DNA of 58,466 bases, counting the filler, from Squatina squatina (taxonomy: Eukaryota), in NCBI GenBank assembly GCA_031763465.1. It is 3 parts of 3 records of this genome, joined end to end, with 100 filler letters (N's around TTAATTAATTAA, not from the genome) between each part and the next. Parts side by side here need not be neighbours in the genome. Positions count along the whole stretch, not along the records: positions 16,907 to 40,929 come from JARFOE010000001.1; 2 more parts are not named here. The stretch is one strand, 5' to 3'. The translations under genes were made by a program, and so were the position numbers. Numbering within the stretch: position 1 is the stretch's first letter; every line of letters starts with the position of its first letter. Shown piece after piece: positions 25,591 through 37,352 of this stretch. The notes under the pieces are model-generated. The model was not told the DNA's origin and searched no databases. It saw nothing but the letters and a program-made list of their open reading frames with translations.

Positions 25591-26696
25591 ATTTGCCTAC
25601 ACCGCACCCCCCCTGCCCCACCATGGAACCTCTCAGACAGGCGATATCTTTTAATCTGTTGGATCATTTTAATTAATAAACTCTTCCAGTTATTGAGAGC
25701 TTCACAGTTCTCCTATTCACTGAACCCTCTCCAATACATTGATCCATTTCTTTTGAAGCTATAGGCTTCAATATTGCACGCATTAATTTTAAATATGAGT
25801 TATGCGGGGTTAGAGCAACCATTGGTAGAGGTCGCGGGTTTGGGAGGTGCTGCCGAGGAAGCCTTGGTGAGTTGCTGCAGTGCATCTTGTAGATGGTACT
25901 CACTGCAGCCACAGTGCGCCGGTGATGGAGGGAATGAATGTTTAAGGTGGTGGATAGGGTGCTGATNNNNNNNNNNNNNNNNNNNNNNNNNNNNNNNNNN
26001 NNNNNNNNNNNNNNNNNNNNNNNNNNNNNNNNNNNNNNNNNNNNNNNNNNNNNNNNNNNNNNNNNNATATTAGTTTGTGATTGGCAGGGGAAAAAAAAAG
26101 TTGTCGTTGGAAGTGCTTTTTCGAGCACAAAATTTTTTAACATCAATTCTGTGCTTTGCAATTCCCCCCCAGTGTTTGAGTTTGGCCACTTTTTTTTGGT
26201 GGTGATGAAAGAGGTTGGACAGCGAAACAGTCAGAGTATGAATTACTCTTGTCAGTACTTGCAGAGACTTGGGATGCATCTTAAAAAAAGCCACCTTGCT
26301 GTCTGGAGGATTTTCTAATACTTAATGTGTGGAAATTCAGTATTAGGTTTTCATTTGATCAGCCTGTCACAAACGATCTTTCTTTCTCAAAACTGTCCCT
26401 GTCCTCAGACGAGCTCCAGGTTTTTAAAACCCAGACCTGCCTTCACCCACCCTTTTCTTTTCGATTACCTTCTTTTGTCCAATTCTATTCAACATTGGTC
26501 TGTTAAACTTAGGGACTTGGTCTTTCACATAACTTTCTCAAAAGATTATGGTGGAGGAAGAGAACAAGGAGGACAAAAATATTAGTGGAATCGTTTTTCC
26601 AACTCTAGCTTTTAAAAGGGATCAACCCCATATACCAAAGGCCATTTCTGTATCCAGTCTAATAATACATTTATTCAGTTTACGGTGAACTCTTAC

Positions 26697-26837
26697 TTGT
26701 CTGTTGTATTCTTCTTCATGTTCCATCCACATGTACTCAGCAAAAGGATTAGGCTCACTTTCAGTGTGCCCATTGGATACTATAACCTCCTGTGCCCCAG
26801 AGCCCGACGTTGTGTTTGTCATATTAGGTGCCTTCAT
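26697..26837 (-). CDS. PAIP2B: First coding exon of a polyadenylate-binding protein-interacting protein 2 family gene (likely PAIP2B); partial CDS
   Basis: Translates MKAPNMTNTTSGSGAQEVIVSNGHTESEPNPFAEYMWMEHEEEYNRQ. NPFAEYMWME.EE..NRQ is the hallmark PAIP2/PAIP2B motif. Phase-0 donor CAA|GTAAGA right after Q47, matching the intron position I recall for vertebrate PAIP2 genes. Upstream acceptor ctgtgttctgtatttcag| puts the exon start at 26852. The N-terminus (NM.NT) resembles PAIP2B more than PAIP2; paralog assignment is less certain than family assignment. Confidence 0.9.
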
Positions 26838-28220
26838 GTCTAAGGAATCAGTCTGAAATACAGAACACAGGAGATACGGACCGATTAAGGATGAGGAATA
26901 TCTGGTTCAGAAATACCCTAAATCCATTACTGCATATTATGAAAACAGAATAAGATTGAGTCATCAGAAACCAAAACATTCAGCACCTAGTGCAGGCTGA
27001 TATTGGGTACGTCCCCAAGTGTAGTAGGATAACAGCAAGCAAGAAAGCTAAATCATAGGACTGGGACACAAAACCTAACCGGTCACTAAAGCACACTTAA
27101 AGGTTTCTCGTTAAAAGTCAAGCTGCACACATGCTACCCTTTCACAGACAATGTTTGTAGATGGGTGCGTTGTAATACTGCACACCTGTGTGACCTNNNN
27201 NNNNNNNNNNNNNNNNNNNNNNNNNNNNNNNNNNNNNNNNNNNNNNNNNNNNNNNNNNNNNNNNNNNNNNNNNNNNNNNNNNNNNNNNNNNNNNNNTGAC
27301 TTTGCTGGCCACTTGTTGTAGTGCAGCAAACCTGCAGGTGGCAGCATTGAGCTATCAGTACTTCACCTTGGGGTGGGTGATATTGGGGGTGGGGATGGGT
27401 AGGTGGGGGAGCAGGGGTTCTTGTGGAAGCAAACCGGGAAGGAGAAAAGGCCATCTAGCCCATTGATGCGCGTCTCACCGGTACATGAGCCCTCCCAGCA
27501 TGGCGTTCCTGCACATAGATAATTCCAAACATTTCTCACTCTTTTGATTAAAGACATTCCCCCCGCTGATATCTGTTACTTTTCAATTCTCATTTATTTT
27601 CTCTGGCTCCTACTTTCCTGTTGCCTTACTTTGAAGTGATAATCTGGGTTTACCGGATCTGTTTCATTTCGTATTTTACTGAGGTGGATGAGGTTCACCG
27701 CCACCTATCTGGGCTGTAAAATTTAGCTGGCACAAGTAGGTTCCGATAGACTCCAGGAGGAGATTAGTGGTGAGCCTGTCTGAAATCCAGAACGCTCTTG
27801 GGTTACTGCGGAGTGGCTGTGTCTTTTTATCAATTCATCTGTTAGTCCAGCGCTGGAATTACACTTTCGAGTGACGATTCAGGAGATTTCCTGCAGAGCT
27901 TGAGGTCAGGAGAGCGCGCGTTTGAATGGAACGTGTGGAGTGAAGGTTTGTGCTTATCAGGGCTTTGGTAAGTTATTTGGAGAATTACAGCAACTCTGCT
28001 ACCGCCCCCCTCCCTCACCTGCGTCTGAAAGCATGCACTAGCACGTGAAGTGTGCATGGGAGAATCGTAGAACCTGACAGCACTGAAAGAGGCCATTCGG
28101 CCCATCGTGCCTGTGCAGGCNNNNNNNNNNNNNNNNNNNNNNNNNNNNNNNNNNNNNNNNNNNNNNNNNNNNNNNNNNNNNNNNNNNNNNNNNNNNNNNN
28201 NNNNNNNNNNNNNNNNNNNN

Positions 28221-28400
28221 AAAATAATAATCTGCCTTCCTGTTTTTGCCACCAAAGTGGATAACCTCACATTTATCCACGTAAAACTGCATCTGCCATG
28301 CATTTGCCCACTCACTCAACCTGTCCAAATCATACTGGAGCCTGTCTGTGTCCTCCTCACAGCTCACATTCCCACCCAGCTTTGTTGTCATCATCTGTAT
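28221..28400 (-). mobile_element. CR1 reverse transcriptase C-terminal fragment
   Basis: TKLGGNVSCEEDTDRLQYDLDRLSEWANAWQMQFYVDKCEVIHFGGKNRKADYY. Confidence 0.92.
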
Positions 28401-29136
28401 ATTTAAAAAAACTGTTCCCGATTAGTAAGTTGCACATTTTTTTACGTACACATAAGATTGGTATCAAGTTGAGGAGAGACTTCAGAAATTCACTCTGAAA
28501 CCATCAAGTGGCCAGACCCTGCACTACATCGTGACAGTTGACATAGCAGAATTGAATTGGAATTGTTGAACTAGCAATCACCCTTGGGGAATGTTGACAG
28601 AAGCGTATGACTGATAATGGGTTGTCTTCTGGAAACTATCTTTTAATGCCTGTGATTTGTTTCCAATCTCCGATCTCTGGAGGAGTTGACCGGGTTGACC
28701 AGAGAGAGAGGCTGATGTCAGAAGTTTGGTAACTTGCAGAATCTTGGGCATGAACGCACATACTCGCACATCATGGCACTGCGATTTGGTTTATTGGGGC
28801 GTCACCCAAAAATATATCTACGTTACTGACAGATGAGCTTCCTTAGAAATTGGGCAAGGAGCCTTCAACCATGCCCAGGCAGTCTGGAATTCCCTTCTAA
28901 AACCCTACAACCTCGCTACCTCTTTTTCCCCACCTTCAAAAGCCTCCTCAGAACCTGTCTCTTTGAGAATGCTTTCAGTCAGCTTTCTCCTCCCTCACCC
29001 TCGGGATATTGCACTGTGAAAGGCGCTGCAGTGAACAATTNNNNNNNNNNATGAAAAGGTTAGATAAAGAGGAAGGGGGAGGAAGAGCGCCCACAACCGT
29101 GCTGAATTTATATTGCCCATTTGCTGCCCATCTTAA

Positions 29137-29750
29137 TTCCTGCTGTGTGTACGATGTGGCGCAGAGCCTAGTGTTCCTGCGCTGTGTTTACTGTGGGGTA
29201 CAAAAGAGAGAAAGATTTGAATTGTATCATGCTGTTCATGACCACTGGACGTCGCAAAGCGCTTTACAGCCAATGAGGTACTTTCTGGAGTGCAGTCACT
29301 GTTGTAATGTAGGAAACACAGCAGCCAATTTGCGCACAGTAAGCTCCCACAAACAGCCATGCGATAATGACCAGATAATTAATGATGTTGATTGAGGGAT
29401 AAGTATTGGCCAGGACACCAGGGATAACTCCGCTGCTCTTCGAAATAGTGCAGTAGCATCTTTTTACGTCCACCTGAGAGGGCAGGTTTAAAATCTCTTC
29501 CGGTAGACAGTACCTCCGACAGTGCAGCTCTCCCTCAGCACTGCACTGGAGTGTCGGCCTAGATTTTTTTTGTGCCCAACTCTCTGGAGTGGGACTTGAA
29601 CCCACAACCTCCTGACTCAGAGACGAGAGTGCTGCCCACCCAGCCATGGCTGACACTGTGTGCCCGTATTCCTGCTGTGTGTACAATGTGGTTCAGAGCC
29701 CTGTGTTCCTGCGCTTTATATAATGTGGTGCAGCTCTCTGTGCTCTTGCC
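29137..29750. repeat. 37-bp minisatellite split by the SINE
   Basis: Unit ttcctgctgtgtgtacaatgtggttcagagccctgtg at 29137 and 29174 (left) and at 29669 and 29706 (right). Confidence 0.8.
29208..29657 (-). mobile_element. Full-length Deu-domain SINE (SacSINE1-like)
   Basis: tRNA-like head (gtcagccatggctgggtggg..tgggttcaagtcccactccaga), Deu core (gcactgtcggagg..ctctcaggtggacgtaaaa..ctatttcgaagagcag..gtgtcctggccaata) and L2-like tail. Confidence 0.88.
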
Positions 29751-30304
29751 TTGGATGCATGCTATAGTGTGATTAATAATTCCGTATTCTTGCAGTGATG
29801 ACTTGTGTAGTGGCGGATTTCTCTGCATTTCTGGTGCTTTTTAATCAATGGATTTTTTACGTCGGATTGTGTTGAGTTTTATTGAAGTGTTTCTGGACTG
29901 GGAAGATTGTGCGGCCAGTTTAAGCATTCATTTTAAGCTGAGCTTAGACTGCGGCGTACAGTAACAGCCGCAGTGAGAGACCAGGCTGTGTGGTGTAACT
30001 GATAATTGCTGTACAACAGTGTGGTTAAAAAGTGTCATCACACTGTTTGTTAGGCTGCGGCACTGACTGTTTCAGCCAGTCTTTCTTGAAAGGCGTTTTA
30101 CAACAGCAACACTTCTCAGTACAATATTTACATCGTGGAACGCTACGCATGGCCCAGGTCTGCCTGTTTGTGCCTCAGGGCTCATACGGCAACACTGCAA
30201 TGCTTGCAAGCAAGCACAAATTGTTCAGCAGCCAGGTTTGCCCTTTACAGATTGCCAAATATCCCTGAACTGGTAGTTGGGAAGGGACCTAACGATCAAA
30301 GCTC

Positions 30305-30785
30305 AAGAAAGAATTGTATTTTTATAGCATCTTTCACGACCTCAAGATGCCCCAAAGCTCTTTACAGCCAATTAAGTACTTTTTTGAAATTTAGTCACTT
30401 TGTAGGTGGCAGCCAATTTGCCCACAGCAAGCTCCCACAAACAGCAATGCTATAATGACCAGATAATCTGGTTTTTTTTTTAGGGATGTTGGTTGATGCA
30501 TGACCCAGGGATAACTCCCCTGCTCTTCTGCGAAATAGTGCCATGGAATCCTTTAAGTCAACCTGAGAGGGCAGACGGGTCCTCGGTTTAACGTCTCCTC
30601 CGAAAGACAGCACCTCTGCCAGTGCAGCTCACCATCACTGAGGGAGTGCTGTGCTACACTGGAGTGGCAAACTGCATTTGGAGTGTCTGTGCCTAGATTT
30701 CGTGCTCAAGTCCCTGGAGTGGGAATTGAATTCACGACCTTCTGACTCGGAGGCGAGAGTGATATCCACTGTGCCACGGCCGACG
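30305..30785 (-). mobile_element. Full-length Deu-domain SINE with an internal rearrangement
   Basis: Colinear with 29208-29657 except at ~30628-30680. Confidence 0.88.
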
Positions 30786-31687
30786 CCTGTTGGGCATTGT
30801 GAGTTGCATTGTTGTCCCTTTGTTGTTGGGACATTTGGTTGATGCACCGATCGCTGCTGAGGTGCTTTCTCCTTTTGTTTCCCGCCCCCCCCACCCCGCC
30901 CCAGTCCTCGAGAGGTGATCGCGCCACCTCACGAAGGTATGTATCCCGTCCTGGTTTGTATTCCAGGGCTGTGTGTTGAGTTGACCCACCCCCACCCGCT
31001 GCAGACCTTGGCTTTTACACTGCGTTCTATAAAGCCTTGTTTACACAGGCACTCGGAGACCAGCGTCTGTGATCCAGGGCTCACCCCGACATCTGGCTCC
31101 CTACTCCTGGCGACAGAATCGCGGACCCGGCTCTCCTTCAGAAGCCAAACCGAACGAGTGCCTCTGTGTGAGCAGCTCAGTATTCAACGTAGCGTACCCT
31201 TCATTAAAATGTGCATGTCTCCCAAGGATTGTCATAACGAGGGGTGGGGGGTGGGGGGGACAACTGTGTGAATTATAATATAAAAAGATTTCGAAGGAAA
31301 GCCAAAAGCATTTGTTCTGTAAATCTTTGCTTTTTTCCCCTTCCTCCTCCTTCAAAGTTCGCATTGTGCCCGAGGGTCCCTTGGGGGATTTGCGGAGGGC
31401 TGACCTCAATTAAAGAATAATTATTTAAATATGAACCCTGACAGAGATTACAGGCGATTATTAAAGGAGTTTTAATCCTGCATTAAGATTTTTATGTTTA
31501 GGTCAGTGGCCGTTAGCATGAATTAATTCGTTTTATTTGTTGAAGAGCTGATTACCACATTAACCCCTTGATGGCCATGGTAAAGGANNNNNNNNNNNNN
31601 NNNNNNNNNNNNNNNNNNNNNNNNNNNNNNNNNNNNNNNNNNNNNNNNNNNNNNNNNNNNNNNNNNNNNNNNNNNNNNNNNNNNNNN

Positions 31688-31925
31688 TGATGAGAATGTG
31701 GAACCCGCTACCACATGGAGTAGTTGAGGTGAATAGCATTGATGCCTTTAAGGGGCTGGATAAGTACATGAGGGTGAAAGGAATAGAAGAATATGTTGAT
31801 AGGGTGAGATGAAGACTGGTGGGTGGACTGGTGACTGGAGGCTTGTATGGAGTATAAACGCTGGCATTGGCCTGTTGGGCCAAATGGCCTGTTTCCGTGC
31901 TGTAAATTCGATGTAATTCTATCTG
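31688..31925 (+). mobile_element. CR1 LINE 3' end
   Basis: tgagaatgtggaacccgctaccacatggagtagttgaggtgaatagcattgatgcctttaaggggctggataag..ttgggccaaatggcctgtttccgtgctgtaaattc. Confidence 0.85.
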
Positions 31926-33732
31926 CACTCACGTTCTGCGGAGTTTATGCATTTCCTGGGCTCTCTCCGGGTTTGATTGCTCGCAAGGCAGATGCTTGTC
32001 AAGTCGTGATGGAAGCTCCGTGCAGTAAGAAATTTTATAGTCGGAAACGCAAAACGAGATGGGTCCCAGACATCTCCTTTGGAGTGCGCAGTTTCGGAGA
32101 GCATCTGCCGTCCAGTATTGACCGCCCCCTCCCCACTCTGTTGCTGTTTGTGCGAGCTCCGAGGTCAATGCCCCGATGTTAATAAGGGCCTTAATCAATA
32201 AAGTACTTAACACCGGAGAGGGGAGGGGGGTACTGCGAGAGAGGTTTTAACTCAGATTAATTTCCAATATTGACCTAAAGGACCAACAGTCAGGACCTTG
32301 TAAATGCGCTGAAAGGCTTTCGTTACTTGATAGATATAATTTGAGATAAGGAGCTTTGGGCAAAAAGGTAGGGGGGAGTCTGCTGTGTTAACAGATGGAG
32401 GGATAATAATGCTTCATAGCAGTAATTGCATTGCTGACGGCATCAAATGAGAGAAGGAAATAGACTGTAATGATATGAAAGCCCGGGCTTTATCGGAGCT
32501 GANNNNNNNNNNNNNNNNNNNNNNNNNNNNNNNNNNNNNNNNNNNNNNNNNNNNNNNNNNNNNNNNNNNNNNNNNNNNNNNNNNNNNNNNNNNNNNNNNN
32601 NNAACACTCTGGCCGAGGAGCCCTAAGATGCCAACGCTGCTCCGTACAAGAGTTGCTTAAAACACATTTTGGACCCGCACTCAGCACTGAGACTCATACA
32701 GCAGGGGACAAAATATTCCTGGTTCAGCCAGAGTTGAAAGATAATTGCGGCAGGAGCTGAAGTTGCAATGCAGTGCGGGTTTTTTTTGCAGTACACCCTC
32801 GGGGCTAAGTCTTTTTTTTTTGGAGTCTGGTACAAATTTCAAAGCATGTGTTAGGTTTTATGTGATGCTGATTAAGATGGTGGGTTTAGGGAACTGGCAG
32901 CGTTGAGAAGTACATCTGCCAGCAGGCATGTAAAGAAGATTTTTTTTTACTTCACATTAAAAAAAACAGGAGCCAAACTTTTTTTCCCTTCTAAATTTCT
33001 TTGCTCAAAAGCCATGGGAAAGGAGTGAAAACAGATATCGTGCAGACGGGGATTTATATATTCAAAAACACAGAGATGGTAAAACTTGCACTGCAGTTTC
33101 GATGAGTTTATTGCAGATTTGTTTTATTTACTTTATACTCTAGCCTTTCTCTTTTTAAATAGTTTTAAAAGCCTTTTTTGTTAGAATTTTTGTACTTGTG
33201 AAAGTGAGGATGTTAGATCCATTCACTTGCTCATTTTAGTCACCCAGTATTACTATCCCAGGGCNNNNNNNNNNNNNNNNNNNNNNNNNNNNNNNNNNNN
33301 NNNNNNNNNNNNNNNNNNNNNNNNNNNNNNNNNNNNNNNNNNNNNNNNNNNNNNNNNNNNNNNNGTAGGCCATTCGGCCCATCGAGCCTGCTCCGCCATT
33401 CAATTGGATCATGGCTGATCCGACATTTCTCAAGTCCACCTCCCCGCCTTCTCCCAGTTTGTGATTCCGGGGCAGCCTCCCCGCAGCAATTCTATCCACT
33501 CTGCTTGGCCTGAGATGGCTGACTATTGCTCTGTCCAACAGCAAAAGAACATGGAAGAAAAAATCAACAGGCTGATGAATGTAGGTGAGCCAGTATTTCA
33601 CCATACAAAGAAAATGAGCAAATGTTCCATTGAGTTTTCTCTCATCACCTTAAATTATGATTCTTCTGTCATGCTCTGCTTTACATACATGCTCATAATG
33701 CAGCAAAAATATTTTATTATTGTTGCCGCTTC

Positions 33733-36533
33733 AAAAAGAACGACTTGCATCTCTATAAAGCCTACCACAGCCTCAGGGTGTTCAAAAGTGCTTTACAGCC
33801 ATTTAAGTACTTTTGAAGTGTAGCCACTGTTGTAATGGAGGAAACGCGGAAGCCAATTTGCACACAGGAAGATTCCACAAACAGTAATGTGCTAATGATC
33901 AAATAATCTGTTTTAGTGAAGTTGGTTGAGGAATAAATATTGGCCAGGACACCGGGGAGAACTCCCCAACTCTTCTTCGAAATAGTGGCAATGGATCTTT
34001 TATGCCCCGGGAGGGCAGATGGCTCTCGGGTTAACATCTCATCTGAAAGTCAACACTTCTGATAGTGCAGCACTCCTTCGGTACTGCACTGGAGTGTCAG
34101 CCAAGGCATCTAAGTTAGAATCTTCAATCAGGGAGGCTGCTGTTGGAAATATCGCCGTGGTGCAGTATGGCTTAGAGATTATTAGGTAAAATAGAGGGAG
34201 CTTCATACTGAATCTCTCCTGCAGAGGCAATTATTGGGCAAGATAGAGGGAGCTTTATACTGCATCTAATCTGCTGGAACAAATTGTGAGCAAAGTAGAA
34301 GGAAGGAAAAAAGATATCCTCATGACATCTCAAAGTAGCATGAATTACTTTTGAAATGTAGTCACAGTTGTTATGTAGGCAAATGGGGTAGATAATTTGC
34401 ACAAAGCAAGGTCCCACATACAACCACGAGATAGATGACCAATTAATTTGTTTTGGTGTTGGTTGAGAAATTAATGCTGACCAGAACACTGGGGAGAACT
34501 CCCCAGCTCTTCCTTGCGCATGGCAATGGGATCTTTTAGGCCCACCTGAGAGGGGAGACAAGAGCCTCGGTTTAACGCCTCATGCGAACAACGGCACCTC
34601 TGACAGTGCAGCACCTCTGACGGTGCTGTTAGCCTAGATTATGTGCTCAAGTCCTGGAGTGGGACTTCTCACTTCCGAGCTGGGAGTGCAACCGCTGAGC
34701 CAAGCTGACATCGTCATTGGAAGGAGCTCAATGTCCGCTTCGATCTGTCCTTGCAGCCCAGTAGGTAACGGTAAAAAGAATCGAAAACAAGGCTTCTTTT
34801 TTCTTTAAAACAAGTTTTTTAATAAACTAGATAAAGACTAACAAATGTCTGGCAGTGAGTTGAAAGCAGTAATCCGATCTTGGTGGGTTCTGCTCGTGTT
34901 CATAAGCTGTTCTGGCTTCACTCTTGGGCTTTGAGATACTATCAGAACCACTCAATTAAATTACAACCTTGTAACTTGCTACCGGCCATCTGTTCCACTG
35001 CAAACCTTCGAAGGCTTTAGGTAATTGGCTGTGGNNNNNNNNNNNNNNNNNNNNNNNNNNNNNNNNNNNNNNNNNNNNNNNNNNNNNNNNNNNNNNNNNN
35101 NNNNNNNNNNNNNNNNNNNNNNNNNNNNNNNNNNCCTGCACATGTATTGAAATCTGTCAGCATCTGAAAACATTTAATTGCAGATTCACACTCTGCAGTC
35201 TTGAGTCATTAGCAATCTGTTTCTAGTTTATTTCAAACAGAACTATGTGCCGGCAGCATATTCTGCCTTTCGCCCTCGTCACTTTGCTTTGAATGGTGGA
35301 TTTTTTGAATGTTTGAAAGCCCACATCTTTCAACATTTGTCTCAATATATTATAAAGTAATATATATGCATAAAATTAAAAATACAAAAGGACTCGGACA
35401 CCCTCTTCAGCGCTTTTCCCTTTTCATATTCCGATCACTCCGCAGCCTAACTGTCGGATTCTGTTAATCTAAAACATAAAACGAGCTGTTTTTTTTTTAC
35501 CCTGTCCCCGGAGTCCAGGGAGCATGTTTTATTGATTTATTTTTCTGAGCTCCCAGTAAACAAACAGAACAGCGTGCTGGGTTCGCGTTGCCAGATCGTT
35601 CGAAAGTTTCATGTTTATTAATCCTCCCAGATCTTTACCCGATCTTTGAAGCAGATCACCCAGAAAAGAGTGAAGTTGCACTTACACGTCACCTTATCAG
35701 ATCTCACAGAAAGCATCTTCGTGCTTCATGCATAATTAATGTGTTATATATCATGGCAGCTGTTTTGTGCTCGGCAAGATCGCACAAATATTAACGAGAC
35801 GAATAACCAATTAATACGTTTTTATTGGTGTTGGTTGATTGTTAGCAAGACACCAGCAGAACGCTCTGCTCTTCTTCAAAATAGTACAAGACACATCCAG
35901 CAGAACAGGTCTCGTATATCGTCTCAAGCAATAGCACCTCTGACAGTGCAGCACTCCCTGTGCTGCATTGAAGTGTCAGCCTAGATTATGTACTCAAGAC
36001 CATTAGTGCAGCTTGACCACATGACTTTCTGATTAAGAAGCGAGAGCCAAGCCAAGCTGACACCCAAAACTAGGTAGCTGCTGTTGATTTAAATCACATG
36101 TTACAATTATTTCATGTTCACCCCTTGTGTAGAGACTTTTTTGTCAAGCGGTAACCGAAGTAGNNNNNNNNNNNNNNNNNNNNNNNNNNNNNNNNNNNNN
36201 NNNNNNNNNNNNNNNNNNNNNNNNNNNNNNNNNNNNNNNNNNNNNNNNNNNNNNNNNNNNNNNGACAAATATTGGCCAGGACACCAGGGATAACTCCCCT
36301 GCTCTTCTTTGAAATAGTGCCATGGGATCTTTTACATCCATCTGAGCGAGCAGGTGGGGTCTCGGTTTAACATCTCATCTGAAAGATGGTACCTCTGACA
36401 GGGCAGCACTCCCTCAGTACTGCACTGGAGTATTAGCTTAGATTTATGTGCTACAAGCCCCTGGAGTGCGAATTAGAACCCACAACCTTCTGGTTCAGAG
36501 GCAAGTGTGCTACCCACTGAACCACAGCTGATA
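33733..36533 (-). mobile_element. Cluster of four Deu-domain SINE copies (~33733-34102, 34300-34710, 35680-36063, 36264-36533)
   Basis: Each shows caggacacc.ggga.aactccc..gaaatagtg..gcacctctgacagtgcagcactccc..gtgtcagcctagatt; all on the minus strand, with differing divergence. Confidence 0.85.
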
Positions 36534-37337
36534 CAAATATATATTACATATTAGCCTGGATGAAAGTAACTTCAACCAGATCTGACAACGGAGGTCTTTC
36601 CAGATTATTTTAAGCCTTTCTTTAATGGGGACAGGAGGTGCAGTGTTACAAATGTGAAAGAATTAAACAAAACATGCCGACATTTCCCTCAGAAGTCCTG
36701 TTAACGGATCTGCTATCTCAAATCCAGTAGGCAAAGCTTTGTGGGAAGTCACTGCTTATGACAAATCTTTTAAGATGTTGTGGTTATTAGCTAGTAAATT
36801 TACACGGTTGACCAAGGTTCACTTTTAAATTTCACATGGCATGTCTCCTAATGTGTTCGGAGGCCAGTCACAGCACATCCTCTAGAACACTGCAGAGTTC
36901 TATGAATTCCTTTCAGGTAATGTGCTGAAGCAAAAAATATACCTTCAGGCAAAAGGTTGTCAGAATATTTCAGCTGACTTCTCCTGGCGGGTAACTGCAT
37001 TACACCAAGGATAAAAAGGCCCTGATTCGGTCACTGGCCTGTGGTGAGATGGTCAACCTCAGGTTGTGCTGCAATTAACCTCTGTGGCTTTGGGCCGGTG
37101 GAGGGGATGTCCATCATCCTTTGTGTCAAGCAGTCCTGAAAGTCATACTTATTCATAATTTTTGAATTATGTCTTTAATGTAATGAGCTCGGGCTTAATG
37201 CTGGGTTCAATCAAGGGCGTGGGGTGGGGAGTGTGGTGGTTGTGAAAAATATTCCATTAGATCTCGGTTGCTGCTGTAACAAGGTAAATAAACACTTTTT
37301 ATATGTAAAAATACGACCGGTGGTAGGAAAGCTGTGC

Positions 37338-37352
37338 GTTGCCATAGGCAAC
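37338..37352. promoter_or_regulatory. RFX X-box motif
   Basis: GTTGCC-ATA-GGCAAC: perfect inverted half-sites fitting GTNRCC(N0-3)RGYAAC, in unique sequence. Motif match only; function untested. Confidence 0.5.

Noticed and set aside
26622-26696. C-terminal part of the PAIP2B ORF (VRVHRKLNK..)
   Set aside because: Read-through into the intron after the GTAAGA donor.
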